Source of the DNA: Haplodiscus bocki | Taxonomy: Eukaryota | NCBI GenBank assembly: GCA_965655095.1 | Contig: OZ296655.1 | Span: forward strand, 18,724,001 to 18,788,000 | DNA length: 64,000 bases | Direction of reading: 5' to 3' | Shown: positions 52,258-63,031 of the stretch, one piece after another | Layout of the letters: every line of letters begins with the position of its first letter | How positions within the stretch are numbered: position 1 is the first letter of the stretch | Made by a program: the position numbers and the translations under genes | Notes under the pieces: model-generated | Told to the model about the DNA's origin: nothing | Databases searched by the model: none | The model's input: only the letters and a program-made list of their open reading frames with translations

Positions 52258-52868
52258 TTTAAATAAAAAACTCTTTCGAACAAACTCCTAAAACTCCAAA
52301 AAGAAAACCACATTTAATCGAAACAGATCAAGACAAGGATTTTTTTTATAATTATTTTTTTCAAAATTTCCCAAATAACAAAAACATTAAACATTATTCT
52401 AGAAATTCTTAGAAGCTGTTTTTGCAGAACGTTTTAACCGTACCCTGAAAGATTTTCTTAAACCACCTGTTTTTGAACCAGGTGATGCTAACTGGATTGA
52501 TGAATTAGCCACAATAACAAAACAGTATAATAATTGAGTACAAACTTCTACTAAGTTAAATCCACTACAAGCTTCTTTGAAAACGAACGAAAGATTTGTT
52601 TATCAAAATTTATTAGACGAACGAAAGAAAATAGAACCAAAGTTTCATGTAAACAACCGCGTTCGAGTTGGTGCTTTGCGAAAAACGTTCTCAAAATCGG
52701 AGACGACAAGTAGGACTTATAAATTAAATAAAACTAGTGAAGTTATTAATGATACACTACCGAGTTACGGCATTGATAATTTACCAGAAAAATATAACGA
52801 AGCCTCATTGAAAAAGACAGAATAAACAATGAAAGAGAATGATACCATCATGAAAAAGTTAAACTTAA
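52258..52868 (+). pseudogene. 5'-truncated integrase, copy B
   Basis: KRKPHLIETDQDKDF, AVFAERFNRTLKD. The 52577 ORF is identical in translation to the 45574 ORF. Confidence 0.88.
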
Positions 52869-53963
52869 ATTAAGTCAAATTGTCTTTGACCATCACTACT
52901 GACAGACACTATATTATTCGTTGATAAAAGAGCATATCCGATTAAAAATGTTGCTGCTGGAACGGCTGGTCTGAAATCAAATCTTACTTTGATAGGTTGA
53001 GCAGAAATATAATCTTGATGATGACGCATATCAAAAACACATACATTATAACCAGGATTACCACCTGGATAACTACTAGAAGTTACAAAATCTTTTTGTG
53101 TAATATCTGGTTTTGAAGTATTACCTTTAGCTAGATGTCTAAAACAGGAAACAATTTCTCCATATGCTTGTGAACATTTTTCAATAGCATAACTACAATT
53201 TTTTCCTGCATCTGGAAACTTTTCATTGCCAATGACACATTGAGCATTTACTAAACTTGGTTTATGAAATGTATCATTTTTCCGATGTTGTTGATTGAAT
53301 TGATCTCTTTGAATAAATCTTACTATTACATAAAGTGGTATATCAACACCATCTCCAACACACAGCTCAAAAGTTCAATTTTTTTCAGTAGTTACATCTT
53401 TCATATAAGATGATCTTTTAACACATGACAATTCAGTTGGAGCTTTAGATACAATATGTCCTAACATTAAATTTTGATTTGACATACTCGGAGTATAGTG
53501 CGGAAAGTACCAACTGAGGTCTTCTATAATAACTCTTCCAGCCAAAGCAAGATTTGCTTCAATGTCAATTCCTGCCCCATGACTTAATACAAGATTATTA
53601 CTTTTTCTTTGAAATGTTGTTTTATAACCCAAACCATGAGTGCAATTATCTTGCTGTTCTGCAAAACCAAAAACGTCTTTTAAATAAATTCTAACATGGT
53701 TATTTCCTTCAGTTGTTTTGTTATTAGTCAATTCTCTTTCTCGAACTTCATTACTAGTGAGAAAACCGATTGATAAATCGTCACTATCTCTGCTACTTGA
53801 TAATATTTTCTACATTAAACAAATAACAAGAGCATTGTCTACATCCTCTATTTCCTTTCCACTTGAGCTTGTCAATCCGTACTTATTAAATAAGGCAATA
53901 GGTCCTAGGTTAACAAGCTTTCTATGATCATTATCTGCAGATCGAGGATGGGCACCAGCTCTA
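52865..53963 (-). pseudogene. Major capsid protein, copy B (N-terminus lost at the junction)
   Basis: ORF 53375-53731 and flanks are homologous to the copy A MCP. Confidence 0.85.
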
Positions 53964-54575
53964 TCGAGCAATTTCTTCGAGAATTTAGTGTTGTAACGAA
54001 TTGAGTCAATTTGTGAATGTACTTGTCTCCATTGTCTTCCATGTAACGGTAAAGTATATTTTTCAGGGATCGTAATGTAAGTTCAGCAAATGCAGCTTTA
54101 GTCTCACTCATTGTAGAGTAAATTTGTATTCCTTCAGCTTTGCATAATTTTTTAAGCTCTCCAGCAAATTCTGTTCCCTTGTCAACCCAAACTTTTTTGG
54201 GTCGATTATTTTTTTGTAAACATAGTCAAAAACGCACGAACAGTTTCCTTGGAATTTTTTGTTTTCATTCCTTTTGCATCTACAGTTCTATCAAACAGGT
54301 CTTGGCGAACTAGAAGATACTTTACACCGTTATTATCTTTGGCTGGTTTATCAACGTAAGCCAAGTCCTTGCACCAAGTTTCATTTTTGAATCTAGCAAA
54401 AGCTTTCATGCGCTTGAAACTACATGAGGCAAGAGTAAATTTTGTATAAGAATGTTTTGAATGCAAAATTTGTCTCACCTTTGGTACTCACAGATTGCTA
54501 GCTTTCACTAAGTTGCGCACAGGCCCATAAGCAGCACCACCCTGTGTGTACAGCCTCTGCAACTTTTGAAGTTCA
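53964..54575 (-). pseudogene. Integrase of element #3 (C-terminus truncated)
   Basis: LYTQGGAAYG...ETWCKDLAYVDK..KDNNGVKYLLVRQDLFDR...RPKKVWVDKGTEFAG...IYSTMSETKAAFAELTLRSLKNILYRY. Confidence 0.93.
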
Positions 54576-54982
54576 GATTTTGAAAGGGACCCAGTTTCCT
54601 TTCTCTTTAGCTGTGGCATTCTGATTCAGAATCGGAGTCGGACATATACCAGCAGCGTCAACTAAAGTAAAGTAAATGTTTGGAACGTCTGCGTTCTTAC
54701 GACGCAGTTGTTGAGCAAAGTCCGACAGGAAAATTCCAATTTCTACACCATCCAAAATTAAAGTTTCTGAATTTGAGAGTTTGATACGTGGAAAAGATAA
54801 AATTTTGTCTACTAAAGAGTCTGCTTTGGAAAATAATTTCTTGTTTATCTCTTCTTTAAGTGAATCAATTTGGTACGTGGGATTTTGTGAAGGTTGATAC
54901 TTTGGAAGTTCCTGCTTTGTAACTGACTGAGTAATCAAACTTTTGTTGTACACAGAAGCAGGAACGAGAACGGACTGGTCTA
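54573..54982 (-). CDS. Uncharacterised Polinton/adintovirus protein upstream of integrase
   Basis: 126 aa open frame with natural composition, in a tightly packed same-strand gene array. Confidence 0.6.
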
Positions 54983-54984
54983 TA

Positions 54985-55277
54985 TCAAAACAAGTGGTTA
55001 ATGACGGGAGGAGTAATAACTTTAATGAGCTGTAACCCTTTTTTGGACGCCAAAATGTCTCTTCTTTGTTTACAAGTTGTACGTTTTAGAGACAATAGTC
55101 GAACGTCGCTTTGAAATTTTACCACTTGATGTTTTTTATGCTTTGCAAGTTTCGTTTGAGCAGATTTATTATGCATTCGCAAAGAAACCGGATAAACTCT
55201 TTTGGGCAAGACTGAAGGAAAAGACTTTTGCATTTGTGGGAAATTTATTGGAAGTAGAGAGATTTTCTGTGTTCATC
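54985..55277 (-). pseudogene. Small basic protein (CECIINLL...KRTT.KQRRDILASKKGL), putative virion core or membrane-active protein
   Basis: Frameshifted reading EFIRFLCECIINLLKRNLQ...RRDILASKKGLQLIKVITPPVINHL. It lies between ATPase and integrase. Confidence 0.55.
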
Positions 55278-55301
55278 GTCCGAACTTTTCGACTGTTTCA
55301 G

Positions 55302-55930
55302 TCAATCCGGTATGTAAAATTTTGAGGGAATGGATCCGGTGTTTGTACAATAACGTAAGCGATCGTCTGTGCGTTGTGACAAATCAATCAACAAATGACC
55401 AAAGGGAACAGACGTTGCATCTCGATACCAGTCAACTAGTTCTGAACCAACACCCAACTGTGTGCTGAGGGTACTTACTTGCCTTACGTCACGGGGAGAC
55501 TTGAAGAGAACAGTGTGAGTGTTTTGTAACTCAACGTCCCTTTCCAGTTTGCTCTGGTGAAAAAGGTTGTGTTTAATGTAGATTGTGCTCAGACCCCGAT
55601 GTCTCCCAGCGGTGGCAAGGTCAACAAAGGTCTTTGAATTGCAAATCTCTTCACAGGAGTCTTCAAAAACTAACAAGCACTTTGTACCGTTGTTTTTTAA
55701 CGAATCAATAAATTCAAAGATTACTCCACGAACAAACTCAAGATTTTCAATTTCCTTTTGCATAACCTCGTAAAGAGGTTGGGAATGTTGTTTAAAAAAA
55801 GAAATTTTTGTCAAACTTTGGTTGAAATGTTCCATTTTTGAGCCAATTTTAAAAAAACTGCGGTTTTCCAGTTTCTGAAGCACCAACCAATGAAATAAAG
55901 ACTCGATTTTTTGTAGAAATTATCTATTCG
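55302..55930 (-). pseudogene. A32/FtsK-like packaging ATPase of element #3
   Basis: Walker A remnant ISLVGASETGKP (alternate frame), Walker B LLVFEDS, TAGRHRGLSTIYIKHNLF, LFKSPRD, PFGHLLIDL. Confidence 0.92.
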
Positions 55931-56299
55931 TAATCTTGGCGAGGGTAAAATGTATCCTGCCGCACTGCACAAAACTCCAACCCAAACAGTCGATTCCTCA
56001 CAAGTTTTTGAAAGGTGAATTCTCCAAAAGTAACCAAAGAAGATTAACAAAATGACAAAAGTTGGGAGAAAAACACAATGAGCGATCTGGAACAGGTTTG
56101 TCCGAAACAGGCCCAAGATTTCCTTTCTTGATTGTTGTCGTCAAAGACAATTGTACCTAGATTAATATTTTCTTCTTGATCAGTCATCTGTTTCGTAAGC
56201 TCAACTTCCAAAAATGAATGCTATGGAAAAAAGTCATGTCGAGTTGAAAGAATTAAATTAGTATTGTAAAGACAAATACAATAAACACGTACAAATTTT

Positions 56300-56762
56300 A
56301 CAAATATTGCATAGCCCAGTCTCCATACACCTTTACTTTCCTCTCGTCACAGTGAAGCCTTGTTTTGTGTCAGAAATTGTAACTAGAGCAGATCCACGAA
56401 TTGTCCGTTCTGACAATATTTTGAATTTTCCGGCAACCATAGTCATCCAAATTTTCTACATTTCGTCCAAGAAGATTGAGAAGATTGGTCAACAGTCTAC
56501 ACTTTTCGAGCCCTTTAGCAAACACTTCTGCATTCATTAACCTTATGTCCTAAAAGACAACAAACAGCTTCTCATAATCCAGCTTTCCACTACTCCACGC
56601 ATTTCCATGCAGATGACTTGTGTTCCATGTCGTCTGTTTATTAGGGGTAAAAGACTTTGGTGGACCAAATGAAAACCCTTGTACAGAACCATCAATATAA
56701 GGTCCCAGTTCTTTAAGTATGTTTCTCTCAATTAGCTCTATATCTAGTACAATGCAAGACAT
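56300..56762 (-). pseudogene. DEDDh/DnaQ-like 3'-5' exonuclease-fold protein
   Basis: IVLDIE...KELG...HG.AWSSG..DY...FAKGLEK...ENLDDYGC...WICSSY...HC, read through two stop codons. Confidence 0.7.
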
Positions 56763-56768
56763 ACTCTT

Positions 56769-57194
56769 TCAAAAATCAACAGAATTGTAAAAGGAGGGCA
56801 GAAAGATTTTTACGCAAAGGCAAAAGAGTAATCCAGTCACGTGACCAAGCAAACATGAATTTGGTCCTCGTCCAATCATGTAACAGTAACCAGGTCTTTT
56901 GCCACTATGTGCCCGCACTGCTCCAGCTGCATCATGTAGTATTGCGTGTAGTCTAAATATTTTGAAATGACGAAATAATAATTCCAAGTACGAGTTCCCA
57001 TAACCAATGGTTTCACCAAATTTAAATCTTTGGTCCATCTCACGTAGAGAAAATCTTGAATCCCAACAGAAACCTGCACTTAGAAATAGGTTTTTGCGAA
57101 GACTATTATGTGCAAATGACAATTTCAATCCCAGGTACAATCGAAAAATGCTCATAAGGAAGAGAACATCCATTCTTGACAGAGTTTGCTTCAA
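56769..57194 (-). CDS. Phospholipase A2-like protein (parvovirus VP1u / adintovirus PLA2X-like)
   Basis: IGYGNS loop followed by RLHAILHDAAG (HD dyad) and a hydrophobic C-terminus; intact 141 aa ORF. Confidence 0.62.
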   Translation of the reverse strand: MKQTLSRMDVLFLMSIFRLYLGLKLSFAHNSLRKNLFLSAGFCWDSRFSLREMDQRFKFGETIGYGNSYLELLFRHFKIFRLHAILHDAAGAVRAHSGKRPGYCYMIGRGPNSCLLGHVTGLLFCLCVKIFLPSFYNSVDF

Positions 57195-57619
57195 TTATGA
57201 ACAGTTGTTTCATCCAGTACAATGCACCCCTTGTAGAATATGTCAATGTAGCTCAAGAGATAGACTTGTCTTGCCAGAAGTGACTGGTATTCTGACAATT
57301 TCAGATCAAGTTCATTATCTTTGAGGTATAAATTATTTCGGTAACGGTACACGACAATATTCATTTTGTCTGTATCCGTCTGGAAGTTCACACATACTTT
57401 TCTCCAACCATTATATATTGTCCCTTTTACGCAAGATACATCTTTTTTGGAATCAGTCTTTTCAATGTCTGGCAATTGTTGCTTTTCAACTACAGTCAAG
57501 GTAAGTTTTTTTTCGGGAAAAGTTTTTGGAGTTGAAAGTAAAACATGATAAAGTCCCAATTTTGTTTTTAACTTGAAAAAGAGGTTTCTATTATCTCCAA
57601 TGTTCCAACTCATCTTCAC
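57191..57619 (-). CDS. Putative PC4/Whirly-like ssDNA-binding protein
   Basis: RKVCVNF...NIVVYRYRNNLYLKDNELDLKLSEYQSLL gives a beta-strands-plus-helix pattern shared with neighbouring ORFs. Confidence 0.4.
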   Translation of the reverse strand: MKMSWNIGDNRNLFFKLKTKLGLYHVLLSTPKTFPEKKLTLTVVEKQQLPDIEKTDSKKDVSCVKGTIYNGWRKVCVNFQTDTDKMNIVVYRYRNNLYLKDNELDLKLSEYQSLLARQVYLLSYIDIFYKGCIVLDETTVHN

Positions 57620-57699
57620 TCGATTAGAAAAATAATGATAAAGAGTAAACAGATGAAATTACTTTTTCTAAAACATTACAAATAGGTTGATTAGCAATG

Positions 57700-58243
57700 A
57701 CTTTATCAAATACAGAATTCATTACATCAAGTAAAAAGATAAATTCTTCAATTTTTAATTCACATAGACAACTTGTTGAAATTTCTCGTCCACCTTCTTC
57801 CTTACAAACAATCGGACTTCAGCATAAGAACTCTCAGGCTTGTCCACATTGTACCGCAGCAGAGTCACACAAATCTTTCTGTTTGTTCGGTCCACTACGT
57901 CAACTACCTTGTGAGCCAGTTTGAGTTGTTCATCCATGTCTCTGGACTTTGTAGGTATCAGCACTGGGGTCAAATTTTCCTCTCTAGCAAATTTTTCCGC
58001 TGCATTGACCAGCTGATTCCTCAATCTCATAAACTGGTTGAAATCTGCTTCTCCCATTGTAAGATTTTTGACCAGTCGGAACTCTTTCTTGTCAACTTTC
58101 CTGAATACTTTGAGATTTACATCCAAGTAGTTGCAATCGTTTTTGGACCAATAAAATGGTCCAAATCTGTCTTGACATTTGCCAGAGTCCACATAGTTGG
58201 CACAAGTTAGCTTGTCCAAAGAAGCAGTACTGTTATAAGCCAT
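57700..58243 (-). CDS. Putative tandem PC4-like ssDNA-binding protein (premature stop near the end)
   Basis: Two units: YLDVNLKVFRK..KKEFRLVKNLTMGEADFNQFMRL and RKICVTLLRY...YAEVRLFVRKK..EKFQQVVYVN. Confidence 0.5.
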
Positions 58244-58350
58244 GCGTGAACGAGATAGAATGCTGGTAGCTGAAAGAAGTGATTTGTTTTTGTAAAAAAA
58301 AGTTAAAGAATGATTTTTAGCTGCATCTCGTTACTTATATACGCATGTCT

Positions 58351-58451
58351 TTTGGTCATTGTCACGTGACTTGTCCATATAAGGAGATTCTCTCCTTTTT
58401 TGGACATTGTCACGTAAAATTTCCATATATGGAACCTCTTTCCTTTTTTGG
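58351..58451. promoter_or_regulatory. Divergent promoter with two 48 bp direct repeats, each containing TGTCACGT and a CArG box
   Basis: cattgtcacgt at 58357 and 58405; CCATATAAGG at 58375 and CCATATATGG at 58423. It lies between head-to-head ORFs. Confidence 0.6.
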
Positions 58452-58495
58452 TAGGTTTGTACAAAAAGTAATAGTATCTTGTTTTTCAGATTAAT

Positions 58496-59044
58496 TTGTT
58501 CAGAAAACGACGCAACAGAAAGGTGCTTCAGCTGATAGCAGCTGTAATGTTACAATTGATTCCTAGCTTTTATACAAATTCTTCAAAAAACAGCCTCTTT
58601 ATTTCTGCAAACACTTATGAAAAATATATTGTGAGTAAAGAATACTGTATTGCTGGCCACGATGACAAAATGTGTTTCCTGCCCAATTGCAGATATCACA
58701 TTATTCTAATAGGCATCATTGAAGGGTTGCTACAGAAACTGGATGCATTCTGTTTCAACTACCAACATGTGGACATTTTGTATACAGTTTTCAAGTACCG
58801 CTTCAGTGACAAAATTGTTCTCAAGAGTGGAAAACTCTTTGATAATTTGCAGAGGGCAGTTCATTTTAACCAGCAAAACATAGGAGTGGACAGAATGCCC
58901 AGCATCGCGAAAAAAAGACTTTTGAGGAAAAAGTTCAAAATGCTTTTGTTGAGCTCCTTCCAAAAGACCAAATCGACGCAAACTAGCGGATCAGTGTTTG
59001 CAGACAGAATTGATCAAGTTAAAAGGACTAAATTTGAATTATAA
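58496..59044 (+). CDS. Uncharacterised element #3 protein
   Basis: 182 aa open frame, divergent from the minus-strand array; start codon uncertain. Confidence 0.45.
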   Translation: MFRKRRNRKVLQLIAAVMLQLIPSFYTNSSKNSLFISANTYEKYIVSKEYCIAGHDDKMCFLPNCRYHIILIGIIEGLLQKLDAFCFNYQHVDILYTVFKYRFSDKIVLKSGKLFDNLQRAVHFNQQNIGVDRMPSIAKKRLLRKKFKMLLLSSFQKTKSTQTSGSVFADRIDQVKRTKFEL

Positions 59045-59377
59045 CTGATATAAATTGTAGATTGTTTTCTAGACGGTCGCGGTAATTATACTAGTAATTT
59101 AGTATCTTTTCAATCAAAATCTTTCTAATCCAACCATTTTCTGATTTCCAGAGAGATTTGTATAAATCAATTGGTAGTGCAAATGGTATAGTCCACACAC
59201 CCATCAAGAACCCAAGTTCCATAAAGAAAGCAATAACCAAAAAGGTAGTACCAAACGTGAGACAAACACATGCCACACACTCGTAAAAAACCGTTTTAAC
59301 ACAACCCATCGTCATTTTCCAGCAAGTTGTTCTTTGATGTTGGTAGCACTTTGATAATATTTCACCCAGAATCCGAA

Positions 59378-59775
59378 AAGCAGATTTTGAAAAAAAAAGT
59401 AAACATCGTGTCAAATTTTAGGATAAAAAAATTACAAGGCGTCAGATTTTGGATTGAAAAAAAACAACGCGTTAGATTTTGAATTAAAATTTTTTCGACA
59501 TGTCAGATTTTGCAAAATACTGTTTACACTCAAAATTCAAGTTTTGGTTCACTTTACTCCGTGAAAACGACATATTTTACATCTTTTGCGCTTTTTTTAA
59601 AAGCATAATTTTGTATTGAAAACTTCAATACGTGTCAAATTTTGAATTGAAAAAAATACAACGCGTCAGATTTTGACTATAAAAAACTATAACGCGTCAG
59701 ATTTGAAATAAACTTTTCGTCTTGTCAGATTTTCAATAAAAAACTTAACAACGTGTCAGATTTCGAATTAAAATT
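59378..59775. repeat. Tandem array of ~30-31 bp units with GTCAGATTTT core
   Basis: Cores at about 59410, 59441, 59471 and 59502, then 59634, 59665, 59696, 59724 and 59755. Confidence 0.85.
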
Positions 59776-60137
59776 TTCATTCTTAAATTCTAGCCTAGGC
59801 CCACCACATGTACTTTTCACATCGTTTTCCTCCATGTATTCATGTACAGTTACAGCCTACAATATTTTCGTCAACTAGATAATAGCATTCCATTCGCCAC
59901 CGTTCAAACAATACTTTTTGTACTCTTTTCGCAAGGACTTTCACTTTTGATTTGGCTATGGTGTCTCACTTTGTTCTCAGTTTGGGCTTGATATATGCAA
60001 AAACTTGCGGCTACTAGTAAATTTAATGATATCGATACTAAAATTGCTTTTGTCTCACACATGTGTGACTAGTTTTTGAAAAAGTTTATGGTAAAATGAA
60101 ACACGTTAATTATATCAAAACACAAACACAGTAATAC

Positions 60138-60601
60138 TTAATGAAACAAATTTCTAAAATTATATTCGGGTACATTTTCCATTCGTGCTCCAAAAGCGCG
60201 ACTTCTCTGCAACCTGGGAGGTTCCGTGGGTCTGACAGNNNNNNNNNNNNNNNNNNNNNNNNNNNNNNNNNNNNNNNNNNNNNNNNNNNNNNNNNNNNNN
60301 NNNNNNNNNNNNNNNNNNNNNNNNNNNNNNNNNNNNNNNNNNNNNNNNNNNNNNNNNNNNNNNNNNNNNNNNNNNNNNNNNNNNNNNNNNNNNTCCTCTT
60401 CATCCAACACAATGGGGTTTTCAGCTGATCCATCGCCCATCAATAAATCGTCAAATGTTTTGGAGAAAAGGGGTTGTCTATGCCTGGTCTGAACACTGCG
60501 TCCATGTCCAACTGTGAATTTTCCCAGTTGAACTCTATATCCTCGAGATCGGACACTTGATAGTTACTGGTCTTTAGCCCCCACACTGGAGAGTAATTCA
60601 T
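60138..60601 (-). pseudogene. Acidic, probably disordered protein spanning the assembly gap
   Basis: MNYSPVWGL...SDLEDIEFNWENSQLDMDAVF...GDGSAENPIVLDEE[gap]VRPTEPPRLQRSRAFG. Confidence 0.45.
60239..60393. other. Assembly gap (155 N)
   Basis: Run of N. Confidence 0.99.
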
Positions 60602-61032
60602 CTCTCATTTCAAATGTTCCTTGTTGGTTGGCAGTAATTGGAACTTGCGCTAGATGATTGTTCAAAAAGTCTTGTCTTTGAGACAACAGCAATTGCCAGG
60701 CTGCCAGGGGTATTTGTTGTCAGCTGATTGTTAAATTTTGGTCGATATCATTTACTGCAATAGTAACAGAGTCGGGACCAAAATCGAGAGTCCACTGGAT
60801 TCCGTCGTTGGAGACTTAGAAGATCGTGATTTTCTGTAAGTTGAAAATAATTTGAAAAAAGTTGACTGGTTGAGTCTAGATTGAAATGGAATAAAATGAT
60901 TCAAAAGTTTAAAATGTGGCTCAAATCATCAGCCAGTAGGAAACGGATACGTTTATTCCATATTTGGACTCGATTTGTCTTTTTCTGGTTCAAGTTCGGA
61001 TGTGCTTGGTTGTGATTGGCGGAGACATTTCT

Positions 61033-61845
61033 TCAAAAATGGAGATGGTTTTCCTTTTCGTAATCGCGACTCGTCTTTCTGGCAAAGCAATGTGTACCGT
61101 CACCGCCAAGCAACATAATTGTCAGTTTTTGCTCCTCAAAAGGAATATTCAAAACGTTGCAGCAGGTTTTGCACTTTTTACAGTCGTACAAACTAGTCGT
61201 TTTATTGGTTGAAACGTAAACACATTTTTCATTTCTACATGTTGGACAATACACATCTCCGATAGTCTCTCGTACTTCGTTGTCCACACACAATCCTTTC
61301 TTTCTATATTTGGTTGATTGAAATGGGACATTAAGTAATAGTTGTTTCTTGGGTACCAAGTTCATCTTTTTCTAGCAAAGGAAAAGCGTATTTTGTCTGT
61401 TTGTGTCGTCTTTACGTGCTCTTGTAACATAAAAGGAACTTTGTGAACAAAACCAGGCTCCACACTTTCCACAAGCATGAATGGATCTCGGAGTTGTTAC
61501 ATTACCCCCAATAGATTCTCATTTCTCTCTGTTGGAACAATACTTGCCAGGAGAATAGACATCTCCAATAACATGTTGAACTGATTTTGGGCTCTCTTCA
61601 AAAACGTAGACCCCTTGACCAAGCGACAAGAAAAAGGAATTTGTTTGATCTTCAAAAAGAAAATTGCGCACCTGGCACACAGACCCACATTGCGGGCATT
61701 GATAATCGCCTCTGCCGAGATATTGAAAAGTCTTTTTGTGCAGGCATATTCTACCTGAACACTTTGTATTTAGACATAACACGTCCCCAATGAGATTAAT
61801 AGTGCTATTGTCATTGCCACAATCAGGGGTGAAGGCGCTACTCAT
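61033..61845 (-). pseudogene. Cys-rich Zn-ribbon protein(s); two related units, possibly one frameshifted gene
   Basis: IGDVLCLNTKC...YQCPQCGSVC and IGDVYCPTCRN...YDCKKCKTCC share an IGDV.C..C...Y.C..C motif. Confidence 0.55.
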
Positions 61846-62465
61846 TGTAATTGCTCCCGATTATTTCACACTTGTTTAGAACGTAATATTGGTTCCTGTA
61901 GAGATGGTGAATTTCACGATGGTTAAGGTTGACAATTTCTGTAAGAATAAATTGATTGCCGTGTAATTCAAACATTTTGAGAGAAAATTCACAAGAATTG
62001 TTGTTTCCAGATCTGAATGATAAACGAATTTGTCTATTGGGATGTTCAATGATATCGTTACAGTGATGAGCAAAGAGATAGTCTTTTGACTCTGTAGATC
62101 CAACCTCAACTTTGGGCTTCGGTAGGGGAATCTGTATGCACTTGCTAGCTGGATCAAAAGTTTTGAGAAAATCGCGCAGATTGTCGACCAAACAAGTGAG
62201 TTCTCTTTTGGAGATATTCACTTCTTCTTGGAGGATATAGCGTTGCTGTGTCTTTAAATCTCAAAACTGGAACAACTTGATTGCAAATGATTTTTTGTTG
62301 AAGCCTCTGCTAACTCGCACTATTCGATGCTGGGACTGGGAAATGTCAAAAATGTTGTGGTAAAAATAACTATCTACGTCAGTTTCGTCCAAAAACTCAT
62401 CTGGTATTTCTTCGTAAAATGAATAAAGTTTGCACAAACTGGGAATTCATTTTTTGACAGACATC
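61838..62465 (-). pseudogene. Putative tandem PC4/PUR-like protein
   Basis: FAIKLFQF*DLKTQQRYILQEEVNISKRELTCLVDNL and RQIRLSF...FSLKMFELHGNQFILTEIVNLNHREIHHL. Confidence 0.45.
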
Positions 62466-62782
62466 AACTTTCTATAGTTAGTAACTTTTGCAAAATGAAT
62501 TTATCGGTAAATAATATGCGGATTTTGAATTTCAATGATAATAATTTTAACCAATCAGATTCAAATAATTCTCTTTGGATAATTATATATGAAGCCGTGG
62601 TTTAGTGGTTAAATGCTTTGATTGGTTCACTGCAAGAACTAACGTTGATAACTTCTCGAATCGGAAGCTTTTAACCACTACACTACACAATCTGAGCAAA
62701 ATTCAATATTTGCTCTGTATATGGACATCTTTTTGATTGACAATTGGGACCTAAATAAAAGAGATGAACAAAATAAATTTCC

Positions 62783-62920
62783 CAGACAAGCTGTCTCTAT
62801 ATCAGGGAAAATTGTTCCACTTGAGTTATTTTATCAGACAAGCTGTCGCCTCATCGAGGGAATTTGTTCCACTTGAATAGTTTGCTCAGACACGCTGTCT
62901 GGAATTGTTAACCCACTTGA
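62783..62920. repeat. Three 52 bp direct repeats upstream of pPolB
   Basis: cagacaagctgtc...ttgttccacttga units start at 62783, 62835 and 62887. Confidence 0.8.
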
Positions 62921-63031
62921 AGATTTGAAGGTTTTCACAGAAAAGCGGTATCATCCCTTTAATTAGACTTTCATTGTTATATATACGGCTTTCAAGATGA
63001 AAGAGAATGATTGATAGCTGATGCGGTATTT

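Larger units (their letters stand above)
48288..53963. mobile_element. Polinton family #2, copy B (tandem duplicate of ~41300-46950)
   Basis: taccatggtatactc starts at both 41300 and 48288 (offset 6988). Paired ORFs are 41834/48820, 43235/50235 and 45574/52577. Confidence 0.92.

Noticed and set aside
59378-59775. CRISPR array
   Set aside because: Core only ~10 bp, spacers are similar A/T tracts, no cas genes, eukaryotic context.
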